Assembly: GCA_964016885.1 (NCBI GenBank)
Contig: CAXHJY010000133.1
Span: forward strand, 124,001 to 188,000
Direction: 5' to 3'
Source: Eledone cirrhosa
Lineage: Eukaryota
DNA length: 64,000 nucleotides
A program made the translations under genes and the position numbers. The notes beneath the pieces were generated by a model. The model was not told the origin of the DNA. It did no database searches and was given only the letters and a program-made list of their open reading frames with translations. Below, in pieces: positions 14,786 through 26,624 of this stretch (position 1 is the first letter of the stretch; every line of letters starts with the position of its first letter).

Positions 14786-16849
14786 AATCTATGAGTTACT
14801 TTTGGAAAAGATAAATTATGAGATGATTTTAAATATTTTAAAATATCTCAGAAAATAAGAGATGACTACACTATAATTTTAATAAAGCATTCTATCTACC
14901 ATGCTAACTACTTTGCTAATTTACTAGGGGTTTTCTTAAGCAACATAAAATTGAAAGTTGAGGAGTTTTTGCCAAGTGAAAATGTGAAATTAAAAACTAG
15001 TATAAATGATTTTTTTTTTCATATTTTTTTTTTACCTTTGCAAGTTATAATAAAGGTTATTGTGTAGGTGAAGAAGTGGCATTTATGCCTTTCCCTAATA
15101 TTGGATTTGAAAAAAATTGTTTGAAGGATATCAGAGCTGGGTATCCTTTCATTATAAATAATCTATTACGTTTGTATATTATTCATATGAGAGGAAAAAA
15201 ATTGTAGAAAAATTTCTTTTAAAAATTTTATAAAACTTTTAACGATTTCAACCATGAAGATACTTTCAATTTCCGAAAAAATAATAATAATGATAATAAT
15301 TATTAATATTATTCGTATGAAGAAGAAAAAAAATCTTTCTTATTTTTAAAATGAATTCTTTTTCACATTTTTTCAACAAAAACTCTTTCGCTTTCTAACA
15401 GAAACTATTACTACTTTTTTTAACAAAAAATCTTACACTAATGAAATAATGTATCTGTCATATACTGGGTTAAATAGGGGTTGAAATCTGGGCCCTTCCC
15501 CTCCCTGCTTGTCTTGTGAGCGCATGGATCTACATCTAGGTGGGAGTGGATGGGCAGGAAGGGGTCAATGGAATAGAATACCAGTTATTCATTGAGGCTC
15601 AAACTGGGGAGAAGGAACCCCTCCCACACACATAAAAAAAAATAAATAAATAGCCCCCCTCAGAACAACAAAATATAAATAAATAAGCCAAAAAAAAAAT
15701 ACATGGGTTGAGCAGGTAAACAAATTTTCACTGATGAACAGAATAAATATATTGAAAGAAAACATGAATGGGTGTAGTGGGAGAGAAAGGGAGAAGAGAG
15801 AGAGAAGAGGAAGAGAGAGGGAGGAGGAGGAAGAGAGAGGGAGGAGGGGAAGAGAGTGAGGGAGTAGAAGATAGATAGAGAGAGAAGAGATAAGGGAGAG
15901 GAGAGAGAGGAAGATAGAGAGAAGAGGGAGAAAGAGAGAGAGAGTTAGGAACAGAGATAGAGATAGAGAGACAAGAGAAAGAGAGAGAAGAGGGAAAGAG
16001 AGAGAGGTGATGAGAGAAGAGAAAGAGAGTTAGGAACAGAGAGATAGAGATGGAAGGAAGAGAAGAGGGAAAGAGAGAGGTGAGTAGAGAGGAGGAGAGA
16101 TAGAGAGTGAAGAGGAGAGAGAAGAGAAAGAGAGTTAGGAACAGAGAGATAGAGATGGAGATGGAAGGAAGAGAAGAGAGAAAGAGAGACAAAAGGAAGT
16201 GAGAGAAAAGAAAAAAAGAGTTAGGGACAGAGAGAGCGAGAAAGATATAGAGAGGGGAGGGAGAAAAAGCGGAAAGAGTAAGAGAATGCAGATGGTGGGA
16301 AGGGGGGGGGGATGCAAAATGGACGCTGGAGAGGGAGGAGGAAGAAGAGGAGGAAATACTGATGGCAGCAGTGTGGGGATAGGGGAGAATAAATAAAAAA
16401 TAAATACATAAATAAACAAATTAACAACAACAGCAACAATAACAACAATCAACAAAACTAAACGAGCAAAATTGTGGTAAAAAATCATTCGGATAACGAA
16501 TAACATGAAAAAAAAAAGAAAAATATTCATTCTTGGACAACAAAACTATATTCATAACCCCACAAAAATAATTATATGCAGAAATATGCAAATGATATGC
16601 AAAATAGAAAACGAAGGTGATAAGTAGAGAAGGAAAAAGAAAGTGAGAAAGAAGTAGAGTTATGTTTCTGTTTTTGTTTTTTGTTTTTGCTGTGTTCCTA
16701 GAGAGCTTTGTTGTTTTATTTTGTTGCAGAGGGCGTTCCTGGTTGTTATTTGATAATTAGATCGTTAAATTTATGCAGAGTTTTAAATGGAAAAAAAAAA
16801 AAAAAAGTAAAATGAAATTTATAGCTCACACCTAATTAAATTTAACTGG

Positions 16850-18015
16850 CTTTTAATACATTTGTATCTCAGAGAGGGTTTCTTGGGTGTTTTAATGATA
16901 GAGACCCCAGTCCTTGTGGTTACAGTTCACACCTATGTAGGTTTAGCTGACCTCGTATGAGGTTGTTTTTCATAGGAAGTTTCTTGGGTGTTTTAATGAT
17001 AGGGCCTCCGGTCCTATGTTGTGGTTACTGTTCACACCTATGTAGGTTTAGCTGGCCTCCTGCGAGATTGTATCTCATAGAATGTTTCCTGGTTATTTTA
17101 ATGATAGGGGACCCAGTCCTATCATGACCTCGTACAAAGTTATATCTCATAGGAGCTTTCTTCGGTGTTTCAATGATAGGGACCCCAGTCCTACCATGTT
17201 GTTGTTACAGCTCACACCTATGTAGTTTTAGCTGACCTCCTACGAGATTGCTTTTCATAGCAGGTTTCTTGGGTATTTTAATGATTGAGGCCCCAGTCTT
17301 AACATGTTGTTGTTACAGATCACACCTATATTGGTTTAACTGGCCTCATATAAGGTTTCATCTCATAGAAGGTTTCTTGGGTATCTTAATGATAGAGACC
17401 CCAAATGCTATAATACTGTTACAACTCACACATACGTAGGTTTAGTTGGCCTACTATAAGGTTGTGTCTCATAGGTTGTTTCTTTGGTGTTTTGAAGATA
17501 GGGATCCCAGTTCTATCATGTTGTTGTTACAGCTTACACCCATGTAGGTTTAACTGACTGCCTACAAGGTTGTAAACTCATAAGAGGTTTCTTGAGTGTA
17601 TTAATGATAGGACCCCAGTCATATCATGTTGTTTACAGCTCACACCTATATAGGTTTAGTTGACCTCCTATGAGGTTGCTTTTCATAGGAGGTTTCTTGG
17701 GTTATTTAATGATAGGGCAACCAAGTCCTATCATATTGTCACAACTCACACATATTTAGGTTTAGTTGGCCTACAAGGCTGTCTCACATAGTTTCTTGGA
17801 TGTTTTAAAGATAGGGACTCTAGTCATAAAATGCTGTTGCTACAGTTTTCATCTATGTAAGTTTAGCTAATCACCTACAAGGCTGTAACTCATAGGGGGT
17901 TTCTAGATTTAGCTGACCTCCTAGAAATTTCATCTTAGAGGAGGTTTCTTGGGTGTTTTAATCGTAGAGGGCCCTACACTGTTATTGTTGTTACAGCTCA
18001 CACTTATGTAGGTTT
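16850..18015. repeat. Degenerate ~95-100-bp satellite, about 12 copies
   Basis: Repeated tttcttgggtgttttaatgataggg..ccagtcc..gttacagctcacacctatgtaggtttagctgacctc. Confidence 0.8.
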
Positions 18016-18337
18016 AGAGAGTTGAGCTTATAATGTTAAGGTGAGCTTAAAGTGTTGAGTTGAGCTTAGAGTGTTGAGTGAAGTTTGGAGTGTTGAGTGA
18101 AGTTTGGAAAGTTGAGTGAAGTTTAGAGTGTTGAGCTTAGAGTGAAGTCTGTTGAGTTGAGTTTGCAGTGTTAAGTTGATGGTTAGAGTGTTATGGTGAT
18201 GGTTAATGGATTAACAAATGATGGTTAGATAATAAAATCTAGGTAATGGTTAGATTTTGGTGATGGCTAGATTTTAAGATTAATGTTAACAAAATGGTTA
18301 GATGCTGTTGTGTAAAGAAGATGGTTAGATAGGCTGT

Positions 18338-18960
18338 TTAAACCTTTAGTATTTAAACCCGCTGTATCCAGCCAGAATTCTTTCATCTCTTTCTGTTCAA
18401 ACCGGCTGTAACTGGCCACTCATATTAATGTTAAGATATTGTTCTCAAAATAAATAACATCAAAATCTTGTAGATTCGATATTATGTGAGGTAAAGCCTT
18501 TAGTGTGAAAATATAATAGTATATATAGAGTAATGTAAATGCTAAAGGGTTAAGGTAAGGTTATGGTTAGATTTTTAGATTAACCCTTTAGCATTTACCG
18601 TATTTCCCGGCGTCAAAGATTCTACTTTTTTCCTAAAAAAAAAGTCTCAAAAATCTACCATGCGTCCTGGAGGCCAATGGTTGTTTATTTTTTTTTTTAT
18701 TTTTGGTTGTCAAAATTAGGGTGCGTCCTCAAAGACGAAGCGTCTTAGGCGCCGAGAAATACAGTACATTACTCTATATATACTATTATATTTTCACAGT
18801 AAAGGCTTTACCTCACATAATATTGAATTTACAAGATTTTGATATTATTTATTTTGCAAACAATACCTTAATATCAGTATCAGCAGCTAGTTAGGGACAA
18901 CTTAAACAAAAAGAGGTGAGAGAATTCTGGTTGGATACAACAGGTCTAAATGTTAAAGGC
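18338..18960. mobile_element. Two oppositely oriented piggyBac-type MITEs, the second carrying a Tc1-type MITE (18598-18764)
   Basis: Same family as 14445-14665. Insert TA|CCGTATTTC...GAAATACAG|TA has a TA duplication. Confidence 0.78.
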
Positions 18961-19172
18961 TATGGTTAGATTTTTAGATTAAAGGTAAAGGGGTGGTTAG
19001 ATGGCGTTGGGCAAAGAAATAAACAAAGGATGAAAATATGCCAAAAAACAAAAAAAAACAAGGCATGCAATAAAGAAAAAATGTAGAAGAAAAAGAAATG
19101 GAAGAGAAATGAAAATTTGGAAAGAAGGGAATGAAATGAATGAAATGAAAATAAAGAACAAAGCAGAGGTAC

Positions 19173-19727
19173 CTTTTCCCCATTTTTCTTGTTTAGTTTA
19201 GAAGAAGAAGAAGAAGCAGGGTATAGATAAGTTTCAGATTGACCAAGTTCCAAATCTAAAGACTCAAGGGAACAGCCAGTAAAGTGTTTATCTATTTGGT
19301 CCTTAAGGGCAGTGACAGGAGAACCCTTAACCTGAAATGTCTCAAAGCAATGTTGTATAGCGCTAACAGACAACGAGTGTGAGTTGCTCACCCCAGGAGG
19401 GACAGAGTTACGTTGCTGGCCGTGGTGCAGCACACTGTGGTCGGTGCCGTGGTGAAGAAGGTGGTGGTGGTGGTTGTTGTGGTGGTGGTGGTGGTGGTTG
19501 TTGTGGTGGTGGTGGTTGTGGTGGTTGTTGTGGTGTTGTTGTTGTTGGTGGTGGTGATGGTGGTGGTTGTTGTGTTGGTGGTGGTGGTGTGGCCGTAAAT
19601 GGGCCGGACTCGAAGACGTAGAGGATGGCTTGATAAGGGCCGGAGGTGGAGACCCGCGATCGTTCGTCAGCGACAGGAGCTCCGTTACTGGTGACCGATG
19701 TTTCACGCGTTCGGTCGTCTGCCTTCC
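19173..19727 (-). CDS. SH2D5: Exon E: Ser/Pro-rich segment with a long His/Asn/Gln tract (3' donor uncertain)
   Basis: ttccaacag acceptor, phase 0, open frame GRQTTERVKHRSPV...KNGEK. In-frame donors are possible at 19392, 19332 or 19173. Confidence 0.72.
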
Positions 19728-19754
19728 CTGTTGGAAGAGAGAATAATAATAATA

Positions 19755-21122
19755 ATAACTGTTTCTATTTTTGGTACAAGGCCAGGAATTTGAAGGGAAA
19801 AAGGAGAAAGTCGATTAAATCGACCCCAGTGATTACTGGTACTTTATTTTATCGCCCCCATAAGTTTCTATTTTTGGCACAAAGCCAGTAATTTTAAGGG
19901 AAAGGGGTAAAATTGATTAAATCGACCCCATAAGGATGAAAGGCAAAGCTAACCTTGGCCAAATTTGAACTTCACCTTGATAAAAATAATAATAATGGTT
20001 TCTATTTTTAGCACAAGGCCAATAATTTTAAGGGAAGGGTGGAAAATGGACTAAATAGACCCTAGTGCATTACTGGTGCTTTATTTTATAGACTCCATAA
20101 GGATGCTAGGCAAAGCTAATCTTGGTCAAATTTAAACTTTGCTTTAATAATAATAATAGTTTCTACATTTGGCACTAGGCCAGTTATTTGAAGGGAAGAG
20201 TCGATTAAATTGATCCCAGTGCATTACTGGTACTTTATTTTATTGACTCCCCGTAAGGATGAAAGGCAAAGCTAACCTTGGTGGGATCTGAACTCAAAAC
20301 GTAAAGGTCCGTAACTCTATGCTGCAAAGCATGGCGTCCGACCCTCTACCGATACTGCCAAATAATAATAATAATAATGGTGTCTGATTTAGGCACCACA
20401 AGGACAACAATTTGGGGGAAAGGGGAAAGTCGATTAAATTGATCTCAGTGCATTACTGGTACTTTATTTTACTGACCCTGCAAAGATGAAAGGTAAAGTT
20501 AACCATCGCCGGATTTGAACTTTGCCTTAATAATAAAAATAATAATGATAATAATAACAAGAAGAAGAAGAAGAATGATATCCCTCCTTGTGTGGATGTG
20601 TGTGTGAGTAGAGCACTATCTCTGTAAGAATGATAAGCTGTAAATTATATTCAATGTGGTGTGTTAACTGGCTTACCAATGTATACAGTGAATTTATTTG
20701 CCCTAGGTGTCAGGAAGACACTCGACATATAAACTGAAGGAAAAAGAAAAAAACAATAAAAATAATGGTTTCTTATATAGGCGCAAGGCCAGTAATTTGG
20801 GGGGAGGGGGAAAGTCGATTAAATCGACCCCAGTTGTGACTGGTACTTTATTTTATCGACCCCCGTATGGATGAAAGGCAAAGTTAACCTCAGCCGGATT
20901 TGAACTCAGATCATAAAGGGCCATAACTCTATGCTGCAAAGTATGGCGTCCGACCCTCTACTGATACTGCCAAATAATTGTTTCTACTTTAGGCACAAGC
21001 CAGCAATTACCCAGTTCATTACTGGTACTTTATTTTATCGACCCCGTAAGGATGAAAGGCAAAGTCAACCTCGGCGGGATTTAAACTCAGATCGTAAAGG
21101 GACGTAACTATGCTGGAAAGCA
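19755..21122 (-). mobile_element. Head-to-tail cluster of about 7 copies of the abundant SINE, separated by (AAT)n
   Basis: Repeated ggcacaaggccag...tactggtactttattttatcgacccc...gatgaaaggcaaag units. Confidence 0.85.
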
Positions 21123-21124
21123 GA

Positions 21125-22200
21125 ATATTTATGGATGACCTGTAACTGTTTGGGAAGTCTGAAAACCAAATAGACTCATTGGTTAAAACAGTCCAGATAT
21201 GTAGCAGTGACATTGGTATAGAATTTGGAACTTCTAATTGCTCTGTACTCAACATGAAAAGACAGAAGAAAGTAGCCTGTAGTGGATTATGACTGCCATT
21301 GGAAAAAACCACTGGAGAACCAGAAGATATTGACTATAAATATTTGGAGATCTTAGAACTAGATGATATTTTACATACAGAAATGAAAGAAAAGGTTCTT
21401 CGGTCTTTTCCTCATCATGTTTCAGTTTCGAATTCGGTGGTCTTATTCATGCTAGTCACCAATCTGGTACTTTGTCAAACCCACAAAGACTAGGCTTATT
21501 TAGAGGCAGTCTTTACTCACCTCGTCACAGCTATGTCACTGGGTTGTGAGAGTTATCTTTAAGAGATATATTTTAAAAGAGTAAAAAATGATATTAAAAT
21601 CCAACTTGAATGCGAGAAATCTGGTCACTGCAATGAATATCTGGGATAGTTGCAGTGGTTAGATATGATGCATCCATTCTCAGTTGGACTGAAGAAGAAA
21701 TATCAAAGTTAGATAGAAAGACAAGAAATTTACTGACATTATATGGAGCTTTACACCATAAAGTAAATATTAACAGACTAAACATGAAGAAGTGGAGGCA
21801 TGTGGCCTAGTGGTAAGGGTGTGCGACTTATGATCATAATGTTGTGGGTTCGATTCCTGGGTTGCGTGTTGTGTCCTTGAGCAAAACACTTCATTTCACG
21901 TGGCTCCAGTACACTCAGCTGAAAATGAGTACCAGCAATAGCTGGAGGGTTAACCCTGCGATGATGGACTGGCGTCCTGTCCAGGGGTAAGTCTTGTACT
22001 CTCAGTCGCTTCACGCCATGAAACCGGGATAAGCACCAGGCCAAATGAGCCTTCTGGCTTTAGACAGACTTTATACATGAAGAGAAAGAATGGTGGCAGA
22101 GGTCTCATCAGTGGGGATCATTGTATAAGGAGGGAAACAAGAACACTTGAAGAATATTTGATTAACAGTAATGAAGAGTTGTTGTAATATGTAACAGAAG
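21125..22200 (+). mobile_element. Degenerate non-LTR RT fragment (R4/Dong-like), interrupted by a SINE
   Basis: Remnant motifs MDDL, DIGIEFG, YKYLEILE, LDRKTRNLLTLYGALH..RL and KRKNGGRGLIS, with stops. Confidence 0.7.
21791..22074 (+). mobile_element. tRNA-derived SINE with TSD
   Basis: A box TGGCCTAGTGG, B box GGTTCGATTCC; TSD ACATGAAGA at 21782-21790 and 22075-22083. Confidence 0.85.
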
Positions 22201-22204
22201 ATAT

Positions 22205-22850
22205 TAATGATTTCTGGATTAGGCACAAGACCAACAATTTTGGGGGAAGGGAAAGTCGATTAAATCAACTCCAGTGCATTACTGGTACTTTACTTTATCA
22301 ACTTCTTAAGGATTTGAAATCAGAATGTAAAGGGCGATAACTCTATGCCACAAAGCATCTTTGACACCCTACCGATACTGCCAATAATAATAATTGTTTC
22401 TACTTTTGGCACAAGGCCAGCAATTAACCAGTACATTACTGGTACTTTATTTTATCGACCCCGTAAGGATGAAAGGCAAAGTTAACCTCGGAGGGATTTG
22501 AACTCAGATCGTAAAGGGACGTAACTATGCGGGAAAGCATAAAGGGAGGTAACTCTATGCTTCAAAACATGGCGTCCGACCCTCTACTGATACTACCAAT
22601 CCAATAATAATAATTAATGTTTTTTTAGTATAGACACAAGGCCAGTAATTTGGAGAAGGGTTAAGTCGATTAAATCGACCCTCAGTACATTACTGGTACT
22701 TTATTTTATCGACCCTGTAATGGTGAAAAGCAAATCTAACCTCGGTGGGATTTAACTCAGAATGTAAAGGGCCGTAACTCTATGCCGCAAAGCATGTTGT
22801 CTGACCCTCTACCAATACTGCCAATCCACCGCCCTTAACAATACTGCCAA
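22205..22850 (-). mobile_element. SINE cluster (3 copies)
   Basis: Same family, with (AAT)n spacers. Confidence 0.83.
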
Positions 22851-22908
22851 TAATAATAATGATAATGTTTTAAGGTCAGAATTTAAAGAACTGCCACCCT
22901 TTACTTAC

Positions 22909-23265
22909 CCAAAGCCAGCTCCGCAGTGTAGCAGTACTTGACTGTTGTTGCTGCTGTTGTTGTTGTTGCTGTTGCTGTTGTTGTTGTTGTGCAAGCTCTT
23001 TTTCTCTCTCTTGCGCTGTCTCTTCGCTAAGCTGTCTTCTCATCTCCATCCTCTGTATAGCCTTCTCAGAGAACGGCGTCGGAGTGGCAATCTCGTTGAG
23101 CTTCTGTTGCAGGTCTCTTTCTGCCTGCTCCTGGTCTTCGGCAAACTTGGCCTTCTGTTCCTGGATTTGACGCTCAATCAGCTCATTGAATGTTGGCTGC
23201 CGTTGGCGTTGCTGTGCATAGGCCATCTTGAATGCATTCCCGATGATGGTATTAAGTTCTTCGGC
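22909..23265 (-). CDS. SH2D5: Exon D: PTB C-terminal helix (AEELNTIIGNAFKMAY), coiled-coil-like segment and poly-Q
   Basis: ttttgccag acceptor and TGG|gtaagt donor; 357 nt, phase 0/0. IGNAFKMAY is the typical PTB terminal helix and continues exon C in frame across a ~30.3 kb intron. Confidence 0.88.
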
Positions 23266-24222
23266 CTGGCAAAACAGAAATTGTTGTTGTTGCAGTGATT
23301 AGTGATGGTGGTGATGGAGAATGGAAACGAAGAAGAAAAAAATATATATATCCCAACTTACCACAGGTACAAGCTGAAACTGAAGCATATAGACATATGC
23401 CTCCACCCCGCTTCCACTGTAAAGTAGTTGTGTCGACGACACAACAAAAAGTGCCCAGTCCACGCTATTTAGTGGTCATGTAGGTGTCACGACAAAAAAG
23501 TACCCAGTCCACACTAAAGCGGTTGTGTAGGTGCCAGTCCACATAGTAAAGTGGTTGTGTAGGTGCCAGTCCACATAGTAAAGTGGTCGTCTAGATGTCA
23601 TGGCAAGAAGCACCCAGTCCACACAGTAAAGTGGTCATGTAGGCACCACGGTAAAAAACACCCTGCACTCACTGTAAATGAGGATAGTGTGAGGAAGGGC
23701 ATCCAGCTGTAGAAATCAAGCCAAAATCAGTTCTGTATGAGCAAGACAGGGTCACCTGACCTGGCATTGCCCACAACAGGACAACCTGTCTAACTCATGC
23801 TAGTGTGGAAGAATGGAAGTAAAACGGTGATGATGATGATGATAGTTGATTGACAAGATGCCAGACCTCATTTGCTTAACAAGTGAGGTGGAGCTCGTCA
23901 AATTGGAACGAGGGAACAATGTTTCCATTGGTCTTTCCAATTGCTAATACTATCTACCGGTCACAAATCCAGGCAGAAGGAGCAACGTGAAATAAAGTGT
24001 CATAACACATCGCCCGGTCCAGGAATTGAACTCACAACCTCAACATTGTGAATCAAATTCTCAGTCACGGACCTTCATGTATATATGAAACAGTTCTAGT
24101 CATAAAGAAGTGATTTCATCATGGCCACTTTTATATATATTTATATATATATATAATAAAGATGCCTATACTCTATACTCTACCAATGTATTGAGTACAT
24201 TTTTTTAATTCAGGAATCTACA

Positions 24223-24259
<37 letters not shown>

Positions 24260-24443
24260 AAAAGAGTCAGGGCCCCGACAGCTGAGGTCTAGCCGTTTCG
24301 ACAGCTAGATCTGGATGTAGATGTTGAAACGGCATAATTATAGAGGAAAGTAAAAACCCAACTAATACACTCTGAATAGAACCCGAAACTGCTTGGCGTT
24401 GTTGTCAGGTTTACATCTTCTTCCCCCTCTTACACTCTCTCAT

Positions 24444-24488
<45 letters not shown>

Positions 24489-25848
24489 ATATGAAGTTAA
24501 ACTCCGAAATCCCTACCACTGTTCTACACTCCACCTACCAGTATTGAGTACATATTCAGTTATTACACTGTGTAACACTGAATCCCCCTGAGAATTACAT
24601 TAAGGGTACACATGTTTGTAGTAAGACGCCTCACGCTCCTTGATAGAACAACGCCGGTTAGGAACGCCAGAAAGAAAAGACAGACAGCCATTGAAAAGCC
24701 GACAGAACACACGCCAGAAACTAGCCTCTGTACAACACCTTTGTTTGTGCTACGTCAAAAAATAAACGTATATAACATCTTTAATCCATGCTGCTGGAAT
24801 TGGCGACCTGACGAAAGGAATATTGTAAATAGATGGTAAATAGATCGAGGGACCTTCCCTCACGTCTATGTCAACAAGATAATCCAACGAGGATACTATC
24901 ACTTACCACACTGGCAACTAACGACCACTGATTCTACCACCCTGCTAAAGTGGTGACCGACGTAAGAATTTAACGCAGCCCTTCGTTTTCATTCAGTTGA
25001 ACTTTTATTGCCACATTGCCAGCCTTTTTTTCGCAACTTGTGAAAATAAAAAATATTCCTTTTAAAATTATCGAAAAATTAGTAGTATTTCAAAAAACTT
25101 TTTGCTACACTCGACAACAACAACGACAGCAGCATCAGCGACAACATTGTTTAACCACTGACCAAAACAGGGAATAGTGAGTGGCAGCTTCATAGCCTTA
25201 CCGGCGCAAACCACCACACATCGGAAATATCAAAACGATTCATTCGTGTCGATAATTTAGAGCAATTTTTTTTTTTATTCACTTGAATATTCCATTTCCG
25301 TTGCCAACTTTTTCGCAACTTACAGAAGAAAAAAGAAAAAAGTGTATTTTTCCAAGGTGGCGTTGCGTTCCTTCCCAGTTTTGTAACGGACACATTTTTT
25401 GAATTGCGTGTGTGTTCCATGACTGATCAAGAGAGAAGAGACTAAACTTTTTTTTTGTGAACATAACTGCCCCGCATGGGGATATACATGCCTTGCCTTT
25501 TTCTAAGGGATTTTTAGCCACTGGCTACCTTTGTTGATATCCAATGCGGATATATTTAAAAAAAAAAACAAAACAAACATTTTTTTCTTCCTCTTTTTTA
25601 CCTTATTTGATTTGGCTGTTTCGTTGAAGCAACGCGAGGGGACAGACGTTGAAGGAAATTTTTTTTTTTAAAAGATATATATCTGTATTTTATGTATTTT
25701 GCATATTTCCTTATGTTTTGAATGTCTGTTTCTTTTTGCCCTTTAACTTTTTCTCAATATTGGCTGTTCTCTCTTTACTGTACAAGGGTACATTAATTGC
25801 TCTTTAGATATATAGGTATATATATTTGTTTTAATTTTAAAAGTTGAC

Positions 25849-26624
25849 ATGAATGTACCACATTTGCCCGCCTTTACTGGAAAACCAAAGATGTGGTTTG
25901 CCCAGTTACAGGTGTATTTTACGGTCTGTAAGACCGAATCTGACCAGCGCCTCGCTGTACTGATTAGCGGCCTTCCCCCTAATCTAGCAGATTCGGTCCA
26001 AGACCTAATTACAGACCCCCCTCTGACTTGACGTATGAGTTTTTGAATGGCGAGATTTAGAGGAGGAATTGTAAGTCGGTAGAGAGTCGTTTTCGGTCAC
26101 TGATCGAGGACGAACGATTAGGTGACAGGACCCCTACCGCTTTTCTCCGGCATTTGCGGGATTTGAGCGATTCCCAAGATCAGGATAGCCCTTTCCTGAA
26201 GCAATTGTTCTTCTCTCGCCTACCTCAAGAGGTACAGGCGATCCTAGCCCATATGCTGGAGGTGAATACTCTGGATCACATTGCTGTATCTGCTGACAAA
26301 ATTGTAGAGGTGACGAAGAGAGGCACTTCGAAGCCAAAGTACGTTGCTTCCTCTTCTCTTCCTCAATCACGCTCATCAGCGTCTGATGACAAATTAATCA
26401 CCACTATGGAAGCCATGACTCGTCAAATGGCGGAGTTGTGCATGGAATTCAGGTCCTTTGGACGGCAGAGGAGCCGCTCACGACGTTATTCAACTTCTCG
26501 CCACCGTAGCCCTTCCAACACACCAGGAACACCATATTGTTATTACCATGAAAGATATGGTAAAAAAGCCGCCCGTTGTAGGCCTCCTTGTGCTTACGAG
26601 GGAAAAGACGACCAGAGTCACTAA
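25849..26624 (+). pseudogene. Gypsy gag, disrupted
   Basis: WFAQL..F, LGDRTP..FLRHLRDL and C-terminal [18 protein letters not shown] motifs; frameshift near 26015-26030 and an in-frame TAG near 26058. Confidence 0.85.

Noticed and set aside
15728-16530. Ser/Leu-rich ORFs (also 31301-31684 and 32443-33112)
   Set aside because: GA/CT low-complexity sequence.
21795-21868. tRNA gene
   Set aside because: A and B boxes are present but there is no proper cloverleaf; it continues into a SINE body with a TSD.
24801-24815. Second PBS-like TGGCGACC
   Set aside because: It lies inside the 5'LTR as defined by the TSD and the shared LTR end; the PBS at 24951 fits better.
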